From NCBI RefSeq assembly GCF_006345805.1, contig NC_043014.1:44702001-44766000 (forward strand): a stretch of 64,000 bases of DNA. The letters run 5' to 3'. The position numbers and the translations under genes were made by a program. This document shows positions 25,383-37,572 of this stretch, in pieces. Below the pieces are notes generated by a model. It made no database searches. It was not told the origin of the DNA and saw nothing but the letters and a program-made list of their open reading frames with translations. Position 1 is the stretch's first letter; each line of letters starts with the position of its first letter. The DNA is from Octopus sinensis. Its lineage: Eukaryota.

Positions 25383-25530
25383 TCACTGAATGTCAACAGC
25401 AGTTTTCCAAATGCCACTTTTTGTACACCTACCAAACTTCTTTTTGTCGAATTGCGTCAAAAGGTTACATTTGTTAAGCAGTTAAGAGACTACAATTTTG
25501 TGTTTCTTGTCACTGCTGAAACCCTCGAAA
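25383..25530 (+). CDS. Gene A exon 6, C-terminal part of CUB-like domain 2
   Basis: Acceptor cattatttccag, donor gtaagt at 25531 (phase 1). SLNVNSSFPNATFCTPTKLLFVELRQKVTFVKQLRDYNFVFLVTAETLE parallels exon 4. Confidence 0.8.
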
Positions 25531-27852
25531 GTAAGTAAATGTGACACTGTCTTTAGACAGCCAGTCGTTCATTCAGTTTTTTTTTTTCTCTCTACATCTA
25601 TTTTTCCATGCTAGCTTGGGTTACATGAATATGTTACTGAGGCATTGCTTTACAGTCAGATGCCCCAGCTGTTACTAACCCTTATTTGTTTATTAACCCT
25701 TTCGTTACCAACCCGGCTGAAACAAACTCTGGCTCTGAGTACAAATGTCTTGTTTTCAATCGTTCTGAATTAAAATCTTCCACACCAAACCTTAGTCACA
25801 ATTTATGTTCCTAACACTAGCTGAATGATAACTAAGTTATTTTACTAAATTCTTTGTTATATCTAAAATTAATTGAAAGAAACATAGAGCATCTCAAAAT
25901 AAATACAGTAATGAAAAGGTTAAGTAAGGGATATTTTATCTCACACATCATCAAATGTGCAAAGCCAGTGGATGATTTGTTAACTTTGGGCAAGTGTAGA
26001 TTGTACAATGCGTATGTGTGAACTGTGTTACTACAAGGTAGCGAGATATGAACACTGAATATGGATGATGTGCAAAAGTTAGAATGAAGCAAGCATGATC
26101 AACTGGATGTGTAATACTAGTCTGCATGAATGACGAGCCACAAGTGAGATAAGAAAAAAAATGGGCATAAGAGGAATTAAATGTAGTGTGCATACAAGTA
26201 TATTGGTATAGATATGTAATGAGCAAGAATGGTGACAGATAGGTGAAGAAATGCTAGATTTATGTGAAAAGGACCAGCAGAAGAGGTAGTTCAAGGAAGG
26301 CATGGGCAGAAATGGTGAAAGCTGATCTTGGGATGTTGAACCTCGTGAAGATGACAAAGGTAAACAACAAGTGTTGGAATGATATATTGGTGAGTACTCT
26401 TCTAACTCATGCAAGCATGGGAAAATGGACATAAAATGATGAAAATGATAATGGTGATGAGGAGTACCTGGCAATTTAGGGAGTTGAACACAAAGCTCCT
26501 AAATATGAAAATAGTTGGGAGCTTATTCAGGGAAAGTTGAATCTACAATGTGTTAGTTGAACAATTACCTAGAAGTTCAATTATTAATTTCTTTAGTTTC
26601 TAGTAAGGAAGGGTATACATGTGTCAAAACCATTCCTCCACCCAGCTGACAGGAACTGGATGAATATGACATTTTTACTTTCTTCATGATCCTTCTCATT
26701 GGCAGGGTCCAATATCTTTATACATAACATCTTTTTCATATTTCTGTTGGTCATTTTCAGTCACCAAATATTCATTTAAAAATAGATTTTACACAAAACA
26801 AAGATTAATAAAACAAATATAGCACCTCCACCCATCACTTCTCCCAAATATTTTTTTTTCCTCTGTTCTGTTAAAAATAATCCGTTCTAGAAAGAAAACA
26901 TCATATAACCCAGCTAAAAATGTGTTCCTCTCACAATATATTGATATAGAACTTGAAATGATGTTTGCATAAAGCAATTCTGTGTGTCACTACTAAATTG
27001 TCACAGTTCAAGCCATCACAAACCAAATCTATATATGTCTTTTTAACCCTTGTAAAATTGTAGGATAAATTTAACCCTTTTGATACCAACCCACTTGAGA
27101 CCCCTACTTAAGTTCAATGGTACAAATTTTCTGTTTTAAAATTATCTAAATTAAAACTTTCCTTCATAATTTATGTTAATTTATGTGCTAAACACCTGTT
27201 AACCCTTTCATTACTGTATTTATTTTGAGATGCTCTGTGTTTCTTTCAATTACTTTAAATATAGCAAAGAATTTAGTAAAATAACATGTTTATCATTAAG
27301 CTACTGTTAGGAACATAAATTGTGACTAAGGTTTGGTGGAAGATTTTAATTCAGAACTTTTGAAAACAAAACATTTGTACTACAGAGCCAGAGCTGGTTT
27401 CAGGCCGGTTGGTATCAAAAGGGTTAAAAGGAGATGTTTCATATAAAAGATCCAAGGTTCCAATAAAATTTAACCCTTTTGCTACCATACTTCTGTTGAG
27501 ATACTCTGTGTTTCTTTCAATTACTTTAAATATAAGAAAGAGTTTAGTAAAATAACTTAGTTATCATTAAGCTAGTGTTAAGAACATAAATTGTGACTAA
27601 GGTTTGGTGGGAGATTTTAATTCAAAACTTATGATAACAAGACATTTGTACTACAGAGCCGGAGCCGGTTTCAGCTGGGTTGGTCACGAAAGGGTTAAAC
27701 AAAACAATGCTATTTAAATAAATTCAATATTTTAAGAATTGATTGAAGCAAAGTCAATGTATTTCAATGGAAATATGGTAACAAAACATGAACACTCATA
27801 CATTTAAATATATAGCTTCTGTTAATACTTTCTAAACTTCCTATCATTTCAG

Positions 27853-27947
27853 ATGGCTCCCAGACAAGTTGGAGTGTATCAACATTACTATTAATAAGCC
27901 TTACTGTTATTTTAAACTTTTACCTAAATGGCTGCGAGGAACGTTAA
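27853..27947 (+). CDS. Gene A last exon, hydrophobic tail (GPI signal or TM with short tail)
   Basis: Acceptor atcatttcag. Phase-1 reading (N)GSQTSWSVSTLLLISLTVILNFYLNGCEER, stop TAA 27945-27947. The seven exons sum to 1077 nt = 358 aa + stop. Confidence 0.65.
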
Positions 27948-28262
27948 CTTTTATCAAAATTAACTCAAGGAAAATGGAAGAAACATCATCTCCTGTATAT
28001 TTTCTGTCTATAATAAATTCATTACAGTATCTTTCAGCATTGGCCCTGTTCTTTATGATAATACGATGGATATTAGCTGCTTTGCTTTGCTTTGCTGCTG
28101 TTGTTGTTGTTGTTACTATTTTTGAATGGTACCTTAGGGTGAGATGGGAGAGGAAATAACAGTCTTAATGACAACAGACTCTGGAATGGAAGGAGATAAA
28201 AGGACCTATGATGATGGTAATGATAATAATAGTGTTGGTGGTGGTGGTGGTGGTGGTGGTGG

Positions 28263-28294
<32 letters not shown>

Positions 28295-28342
28295 ATGATT
28301 GTGGTGGTGATGATGATGGTGATGATGATGATGATTATAATG

Positions 28343-28373
<31 letters not shown>

Positions 28374-28386
28374 CAATGATGATGAA

Positions 28387-28419
<33 letters not shown>

Positions 28420-28469
28420 GGTGGTGATGATGATGGTGGTGATGATGATGATGATAGAGAGATAGAGTG

Positions 28470-29015
28470 AGATAGGCGAAGATGGAGTGAGATTGGCAGA
28501 GATAGGCGGAGATACAGTGAGATTTGCGGAGATAGAGTGAGATTGGCAGAGTTTGCTGGAGTTTGCCGGAGATTGGTGGAGTTGGCTGGAGATTGCCGGA
28601 GAATGCCGGAGTTTGCCGGAGATAGCCAAAGATATCTGGAGATTGCCGGAGATTGCCGGAATAGCATTTTGGGAAATTTCCCAATAATGCAGAGTGTTAA
28701 AACACCTGGGAGAGAGTGAGATAGAGTGAGAGATTGAGATGAGTAAGATAGATTGAGATAGAGTGAGATTTTTCAAAAATTTTTCAAAAATTTTTGGGAA
28801 AAATTTTCAAAAATTTTTGGGGAGAATTTTCAAAAATTTTTGAGGAAAATATTAAAAAAATTTTTCAGGAAGTTGAAGAAAATTTTCAAAGAATTTTGGG
28901 GAAAAATTTTTCAAAAATTTTTGAGGAAAATTTTCAAAAATTTTTCAAAGACTTTTGGGAAAAATTTTCAAAAGTGTTTGAGGAAAATTTTCAAAACTTT
29001 TTTGGAAATTTTCCC
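28470..29015. repeat. 10-bp (GAGATTGCCG/GAGATAGAGT) and ~11/22-bp (TTTTCAAAAA) periodic minisatellite arrays
   Basis: Seen directly; followed by a Tc1/pogo-like terminal sequence ending ...GAGGATTTACGGTA at 29074. Confidence 0.85.
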
Positions 29016-29383
29016 CATATAGAGAAGGGATGCGTATTATATACAAGGGCGGACTATACTTGAGGATTTACGGTAAAACGACAGGAGGTGCTAACCTGGT
29101 GATTTGAACCCGAACGTTATTTGTTCTTAAACAATACTATTTTCAAATTGTATATACCTAATCATTCTCCCAAATATTTTTAAGCGCCTAAAATCGTACT
29201 TAAGACATCGTTTGAGTGATGATCTTTAAATGACCGTTTGCGTTGTATTTGGAAGAGCACAAATTACAAAAGTACAGATTTTGTAAGTGGAATGGGGAAT
29301 AGAAGAGATAGATAGATAGATAGATAGATAGGTAGGTAGGTAGGTAGGTAGGTAGGTAGGTAGGTAGGTAGGTAGGTAAATAA

Positions 29384-29459
<76 letters not shown>

Positions 29460-29480
29460 GTAAGTAGATAGATAGATAGG

Positions 29481-29533
<53 letters not shown>

Positions 29534-29542
29534 GGATGGATG

Positions 29543-29581
<39 letters not shown>

Positions 29582-29634
29582 GATAGATAGATAGATAGAT
29601 AGATTGATTGATTGATAGACAGATAGGCAGATAT

Positions 29635-29701
<67 letters not shown>

Positions 29702-30903
29702 TACAGAGAGAGAGACAGAGACACAGACACGGAGAAGGAATGAGAGAGAGAGAGAAAGTATGTGTGTTATATATAAAGAGAGGGAGATAGGGATGGAGGG
29801 AGAGAGAAAGGGAAAAAAGAGAGAGAGAGCAGCATTCATGGCATGCCATTAAGTTGCTATGATGACGATCTTGCACGTAAACTCCAAAACTGTCCCTTAA
29901 TTATTTGAAACCTGCATGAGACAAGAGAGGAAATATGTTGGTGGTCAGATGTACTGTCAACAACGGACACAGGTTTATGCAAACAAAACGTGTCTTCTTC
30001 GTGGACGGTAGCATCTTCGTCAAATTTCACCTTTGAGCTTGTTCAGATGACTTCTTTGGAACGGGAAGGTTTATATTTAGATCCAAAAACAAAATCTATA
30101 CGCTAATATTCGCAAATGCGTTTATGCCCACACACACACACGCGCATATACACACACGCGCACATACACACACACACTCTCTCACACACACATACACACT
30201 CTCTCTCACACACACATACACACTCTCTCTCACACACACATATACTCTCACACACACATACACACTCTCTCTCACACACACATACACACTCTCTCTCACA
30301 CACACATACACACTCTCTCTCACACACACACATACACACTCTCTCTCACACACACACACATATACTCTCACACACACATACACACTCTCTCTCACACACA
30401 CACATGCACACTCTCTCACACACACACACGCACACATACTCTCACATACACACTCACACGCATGCACACACATACTTTCACACACACACACACATACACA
30501 CTCTCTCTCACACACACACACATACATACACACACACGCACGCACACGCGCGCGCACACATACACACATATATACACACACATGCACATTTCTTTATAAC
30601 CTCACACCTATATGAATATGTTAAGGTGTTTGCGAGTAAGCGGTTATAATCTATTTAGGTGGCATTAATCACAGATGACAGGTGAAATAGCTAAACATAG
30701 ATTTGTGTATGTATCGGAAGAGAGTGGATGGGAAAGAAATGCTGGTAAATGTTTGGATAAAATGCTGACACCAACCCCATTCCTCAGAAAAAAACTAATT
30801 GTCCCTTTTTGGCGATTTGTCACGATTTAAATTGCCAAGAGCCTAGTGAAAGGACTGCAGATAGTCATTGCTTCTCCAGACATTGAAATCTTAAGAGCTC
30901 GGT

Positions 30904-31231
30904 ATGTCTTTAACAACGATTCTCTTCACAGCTTTGCTGGGAACTTGGCAGACAAGGTCTGCGACGTCTTTGGGAGCGAACGACATCAGTAAGATAATCC
31001 ATGGAGTAGATTTCAGAGAATCCACGAAACCTTTTCTCAAGAAGTTACCGTTTCTCCCGATGAGGGTCCAGCTGAATTGTTCTTGCGCACGGGAAATCGA
31101 AGAGATCCGAGACCAACTTAAATATGAAGTGTCGCAACGTATTGAAATGCTCGGTACCATCGAGTTGTTTATTAGCGAAATATTTAATCTGAAGACCCTC
31201 GTCAACTCGAAGGTCGTTTCTTCACCAGTTG
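30904..31231 (+). CDS. Gene B exon 1: signal peptide + coiled coil of a C1q-domain-containing protein
   Basis: MSLTTILFTALLGTWQTRSA signal-like, then a CSC motif and heptad-like AREIEEIRDQLKYEVSQRIEML. Phase-1 donor g|gtaagt at 31232. An in-frame upstream stop and an acceptor at 30879 fit a 5'UTR intron. Confidence 0.75.
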
Positions 31232-31278
31232 GTAAGTAATTTAACGGTTAAATTTTAACCGATTGTTATTTAAGGCAT

Positions 31279-31640
31279 GGCGATCTTTCGTCTCTAGTAG
31301 ACCTTTCCGTCGATTTCCAGAAAAATTTTTTTTTTTACATATGGGCTTGCGGGAACTTTTGAAGTAATATACATACATATACACATACACCGAGTAAAAA
31401 ATTTCAGTTATCTCTTTCTTTCACACATTACTCTGTCTGTCTCTTCACACCCCATCAAACTTACACACACACACACATGTACATCAATGCTCCCATGCAC
31501 GGTAACTTCAAAAGAACTTCCCTCGCTTTCTCTTAGTCTCGCTCTCATTACTTCAAAAGTTCCCGCAAGCCCATATGTAAAAAAAAAAAAAAATTTTTAC
31601 GGAAATCGACGGAAAGGTCTACTAGAGACGAAAGATTGCC
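31279..31640. mobile_element. MITE with ~90-bp TIRs and 6-bp TSD
   Basis: GGCGATCTTTCGTCTCTAGTAG.../...CTACTAGAGACGAAAGATTGCC; AGGCAT at 31273-31278 and 31641-31646. Confidence 0.88.
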
Positions 31641-32184
31641 AGGCATCATGTCAACCCTAATCAAACAAACCCCTGATCGAAGGATGTGATTATCTTGGCT
31701 TTTGATGTAAGGCGGCGAGCTGGCAGAAACGTTAGCAAGCCGGGCGAAATGCTTTGTGTTATTTCGTCCGCTGCTGCGTTCTGAGTTCAAATTCCGCCGA
31801 GGTCGACTTTGCCTTTCATCCTTTCGGGGTCGATAAATTAAGTACCAGTTACGCACTGGAGTCGATGTAATCGACTTAATCCGTTTGTCTGTCCTTGTTT
31901 GTCTCCTCTATGTTCAGCCCCTTGTGGGCAATAAAAAAAATTATATTAGTTTTTGGTATCTGTATTGTACATTCTTTTATTCTTTTTACTGGTTTTAATT
32001 AGTGTTTTTTTTTTTAATAGTTTCAGTTTATATTTTGTATTTTTTTATTTTATTAGAAGTTTTAGCTTGAAATGTCTGTTCTTTTGGATCTTTTCACTTT
32101 GACCGGCAGATTTTTAACATAATTTCTATGTAACTAAAAAATGTAAACTTCGTATACTGGTAGAATGTGTTTATAAAACATTTT

Positions 32185-32595
32185 GGCGATCTTTCGTCTC
32201 TAGTAGACCTTTCCGTCGATTTCCGGAAAAAATTTTTTTTTTTTACATATGGGCTTGCGGGAACTTTTGAAGTAATATACATATACACATACACCGAGTA
32301 AAAAATTTCAGTTATCTCATTCTTTCACACATTACTCTGTCTCTTCACACACACTAACAGAAGCACTTCACTTACACAACATACTGTCTGTCTCCCACAC
32401 CCCATCAAACACACACACATGTACATCAATGCTCCCATGCACGGTAACTTCAAAAGAATTTCCCTCGTCATACAATCGCTTTCTCTTAGTCTCTTTCGCT
32501 CTCATTACTTCAAAAGTTCCCGCAAGCCCATATGTAAAAAAAAAAAAATTTTTACGGAAATCGACGGAAAGGTCTACTAGAGACGAAAGATTGCC
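32185..32595. mobile_element. Second copy of the ~90-bp-TIR MITE
   Basis: Same TIRs and CA-rich spacer. The left flank is a remnant of the GGATC-TIR MITE; no TSD visible. Confidence 0.85.
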
Positions 32596-35500
32596 GAACC
32601 TTGATAAAAGGCATTCCAATCCCATTTTATTTTTAATCGGATATACAGTATCTTCGATTAATAGTCCAAATCAGTGATTCCCAACCTGTGGTCCGCAAAG
32701 GTAGTACTGAGGTTCAGTAAACATGTTAAACTGAGAGACCTTTTAATATCCTGGGGTCCATGGGAAACCTCGTTTGGCATCCCTTCGATGTAGCTCAACA
32801 AGGGTGAGACATTTCACTCCAGGTATTTCCGTGGGTTGTGGAGTATAGATATATAACGAAATTATGCCAGCAATGTCTCATTTTAAACTTGACGAAAGAA
32901 AGCCTTGCATATTTGTTCCTACCCGTTTCATTTGTGTATGTAAAATCCGCAAATTTCCAAGCAGAAAACAGAATCGAACTATCGTTTGCTTCACCCGAAG
33001 TGAAGCGTTTTGATTTTGTCGAGTTATATCGAAAGAATGCCCCTCATTTAAATAAAAAGGGGTCCTTTGGTAAGGAAAAGCTTGGAAACCATTGGTCTAA
33101 ATTGTCATTTTTTTTAAGACCACGGAATGTAATTTGGCTGTTGTTTCTGGCAGGTCGGATAACCATGTAGAAGCTCCCTAGTTTGGTTCGAGTAGTTTTA
33201 GGTCTTTTGTCGTGACTGGATAAATGCTATTACAATAGGCTGAATGAAATATCACTGCCAACGGTTACATGAAGACAATTTACATTTCTGAATAATTGAC
33301 TAAGATATTCGTTTTTAGTGTGACTGACTTTTCGTGATCTCAATTTTTGAAATTATTTTTTAGTTCCATTGTAGAGAATATTGCTGCTGAATATGCAACA
33401 TTTTGGATTAGCATTTGATTTCTTGATATTAAAGGGAATAGTTTTAAAATGGAATTTCTAAATATCACATATACCTCCGGCAAATGACATTGGTTTAAGC
33501 ATGATGCATCCTAAGAAATACGATGCATATAGATGTCTCTTTTACAAGTGACAGAATAAGCTAATCTCAAGCCAATGGTTTAACATGGGTTAGTTACACA
33601 AGCTCTTTGAGGGATTTTGAGCTCACAAGGGAGCACTACAAGGTGGGGTCCTGTGTGTTTAAAGAGATTAAAGTTTTCTGTAGAAATAAAATATTTAATA
33701 AACCAAATACAATTCTTATTTTTAAACATGTTTTCAAAATTCAAAAAAAAAAAGTATCTATTTCTTTACTACCCACAAGGGGCTAAACACAGAGGGGACA
33801 AACAAGGACAGACAAACGGATTAAGTCGATTATATCGATCCCCAGTGTGTAACTGGTACTTAATTAATCGACCCCGAAAGGATGAAAGGCAAAGTCGACC
33901 TCGGCGGAATTCGAACTCAGAACGTAACGGCAGACGAAATACCTATTTCTTTATTACCCACAAGGGGCTAAACACAGAGGGGACAAACAAGGACAGACAT
34001 AGGTATTAAGTCAATTACATCGACCCCAGTGCGTAACTGGTACTTAATTTATCGACCCCGAAAGGATGAAAGGCAAAGTCCACCTCAGCGGAATTTGAAC
34101 TCAGAACGTAACGGCAGACGAAATACCGCAAAGTATCTTTAGTCAGGATTAGAAGAAAAGTAAGATATTGTGTTATTAGTGAACAGAAACATGACTGATG
34201 ATGCGCCGAAGTCTAATATACTTTTGTTATAGAAGTCCTGGTCTTTACTAATTTGCATAAACGTCTACCTCAGGTACACTAATCGACATAAATACCTAAA
34301 AAAAATATTCTAATACCCCTTTTTGTAATTTCTTGAGTTCTCTTTCATATTGTTTTAGTTTTCTACTTGTCATGGAGAATTTCTACTCCATACGTGGTAT
34401 TTTTGTATAATTATATATTTACACAACAATTAAATATCTAGTTCGATCTAATACCACTAGGCGTCGGTCAAACTAATTAAAGACCTATTTCTTTACTACC
34501 CACAAGGCTGATATCCCATTCAAGGGTAATGTTGGCCTGCATGCCAAGCTAGCAGGGGGGAAATCATTCAAAAGCTACTACAATGAAAGGAAATACACTG
34601 TGACCAGTGTTGTAAACAATATTCAATAGGCGGCGAGCTGGTAGAATCGTTAGCACGCCGGGCGAAATGCTTAGCAGTATTTCGCCTGCGGTTACGTTCT
34701 GAGTTCAAATTCTGCCGAGGTCGACTTTGCCTTTCATCCTTTCGGGGTCGATTAAATGATTAAATAAGTACTAGTTACCCAATGGGGTCGATATAATCGA
34801 CTTAATCCGTTTGTCCCCTCTGTGTTTAGCCCCTTGTGGGTAGTAAAGAAATAGTAAACAATATTCAATAGTCTGGCTGATACAGTGATTTGTTGAGATA
34901 CCACAACCAGATTTGAATTCTCTAGACGAACATATCTAATGAAAAATGGAAAAAGTACTGAGCTATCTCTAAAGAAAGACTGTTTCTCTATCGCTATAGA
35001 GAAAAGAGAAGACAGTGGCTTGTCTACAGCTTAATGCCAGCTAAGGAAACTATTACGTAATAAGTAGATTTGGTTGTAATTTTTTTTATCTAAGAATTAG
35101 CTGGATATCACTTTGAATCACGATCGTCTATGAATCATGACATTTACTGAGTTGAGTATTGTCTGGATAATCTTTCATATTGGATACGTTAAGAAAAGCT
35201 GGAATTGATTGTCTCTCTGGTGAAATATATAAACTTGTGCTATCTACATGGCTGGAGATTTTTCTATTTCTATAATAACTGATAAATAATAGCTGTTGTG
35301 TCTGCTGGCTAACTGTAAGCGTACTGACGGCATGTTTATTCAATTGCGATTATAAATATGATGTAGTTACTCATAGTCTTTGTAAGCCAGTGGAGGCGAG
35401 GATTACATTGTTGCCAACAAGTAATTTAAATAGGGGTGAGCTGGAGAAAGTAGTCCTGTGGGTATTTTTTTCTTAATTCTTTACTGCCCCTGAGGGGCTA

Positions 35501-37138
35501 CACACAGAGGGGACAAACAAGGACAGACAAACGGATTAAGTCGATTATATCGACCGCAGTGCGTAACTGGTACTTATTTAATCGACTCCGAAAGGATGAA
35601 AGGCAAAGTCAACCTCGGCGGAATTTGAACTCAGAACGTAACGACAGGCGAAATACCTATTTCTTTACTACCCACAAGGGTCTACACACAAACAAGGACA
35701 GACAAATAGATTAAGTCGATTATATCGACCCCAGTGCGTAACTGGTACTTATTTAATCGACTCTGAAAGGATGAAAGGCAAAGTCGACCTCGGCGGAATT
35801 TGAACTCAGAACGTAACGGCAGACGAAATACTGCTAAGCATTTCGCCCGGCGTGCTAACGTTTCTGCCAGCTCACCGCCTTGGGTATTTTTTTCTGGCAG
35901 AGAACAGTAGTGATTAATATCTTTCATCTTCATGTTGCTGCTGTTTAACCCTAGGTCAAACCTTCAAAAATCTGACCTTTGATCAGACATTCCAACCATG
36001 ATCATTATCATCATTATCATCCAGTGTTTTAAATCCAGGTTTTGTCCCCGTTAACAGGGGTGCCTGGATCTACCTCAGTATCATAGCAACCGCCCTCACA
36101 CCATCTTGCCCCTAGACATTATACATGACAGAAGGGCGTATTTTGAGATGAGTTTTGCTGTTATTTCTAACAAGTTAAGCAGCTGTTTCAAGGCTTCTCT
36201 CATCAGCAGAGTCAGGGATGCCAAAAAGAAAACATTGTGGAAATGATGAGAGAAGCAAAGGTGTAATGCTGGCACCAAAGCTTAGATTTATGAGACATTA
36301 ATTCCTCTCCACCAAAATCTCACTGGAGAAGAATGTCATCTGTGCCAGGACTTGGTCAGCAGAGATCATTCAATAAACAAAGCCTTTTCTGAAACAAAAG
36401 GAAATCTTTTTATTTTTTTATCATTCATTAGACTGCAGCCATGCTGGGGCATTTTTTGAAGCAATTTTAGTCAAATGAATCAACCCCACTATTTATTTAT
36501 TTTTTTAAGCCTGGTAATTATTCAATCAGTGTCTTTTGCTGAACTACTAAGTCACAGAGATGTAAACACACCAACACTGGTTGTCAAGCAGTGGTTGGGG
36601 ACAAACAAAGACACACACACATAAATTGTGACTAAGGGTTAGTGGAAGATTTTAATTCAAAACTTATGAAAACAAGACATTTGTACTCAGAGCCAGAGCC
36701 AGTTTCAGCCGGGTTGGTCACGAAAGGGTTAAAATGAGTAGTTTCTCATGAAATAATGGGAGGCAGGCTGGCATCAAGAGAGTTGTTTAGTTTCTTCTTG
36801 TGATCAATGTTTGTTAGCTCTACAATAAAATCTGTGGTTAATTTCTGTTTCATTAATTACACATATTAATGTAAGTTAGTTAGCAGAATCATTAGTGTGT
36901 CAGAAAAAATGCTTAGTAGCATTTCTTCTGATTCTTTATGTTCTGAGTTCAAATTCTGCTGAAGTCAACTTTGCCTTTTATTCTTAAGAGTTGATAACAT
37001 AAAGTACCTACTAAGTATTACAATCAATATAATTGACTAACAACCTTCTTAAAAAAAATAATAAAACCCTGCAGGCTTTGTGCCAAAATTTGAAATAATT
37101 AACGACCTGTTTTTTCTCTTTTTTTTCTGTAATTTCAG

Positions 37139-37572
37139 AACAACCTAATACAATCCAAGCAACAGCGGCCGCAGAATTTGAGGAAATAGCTTTCAGTAGC
37201 AGACTTAGTCATCACTTAACAAACTTGAAGCCAGATCAAATAGTCATTTTTGACCAACTTCTTACAAACATTGGAAGTGCTTATGACCACACAACTGGAA
37301 TTTTCAATTGCCCCGTATCAGGAACTTACCAATTCTTTGTGAAAATCTTGTCGGGTTTCAATGACAAAGTGGAGACTGCACTTATAGTGAACACCATTGA
37401 AGTGACCCGACTCTATTCTGGTGCCCAACATGCCCATGGGTCCAGCACTGCTCCTGTTATCATCTTGTTGGAAAAGGGGGACCAAGTATTTGTAAAAGCT
37501 CTTTATCAGAAATCCAGCCATGTTCATGGTGTCTACAGTACATTTAGTGGATACCTTCTCAGACCTATCTAA
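37139..37572 (+). CDS. Gene B exon 2: globular C1q domain
   Basis: Long pyrimidine tract + aatttcag acceptor (phase 1). IAFSSRL...IVIFDQLLTNIGSAYDHTTGIFNCPVSGTYQF...LEKGDQVFV...YSTFSGYLL is the canonical gC1q signature. Stop 37570-37572; total 762 nt = 253 aa. Confidence 0.92.

Noticed and set aside
27869-28159. 96-aa ORF with a TM-like stretch and a downstream GT
   Set aside because: It needs a phase-2 acceptor, but the upstream exon ends in phase 1. The overlapping phase-1 frame gives a coherent C-terminus, and the poly-V run comes from a (GTT)n repeat.
28073-29063. Poly-His/Asp and F/K/E-rich ORFs
   Set aside because: Translations of triplet and 10-11 bp tandem repeats.
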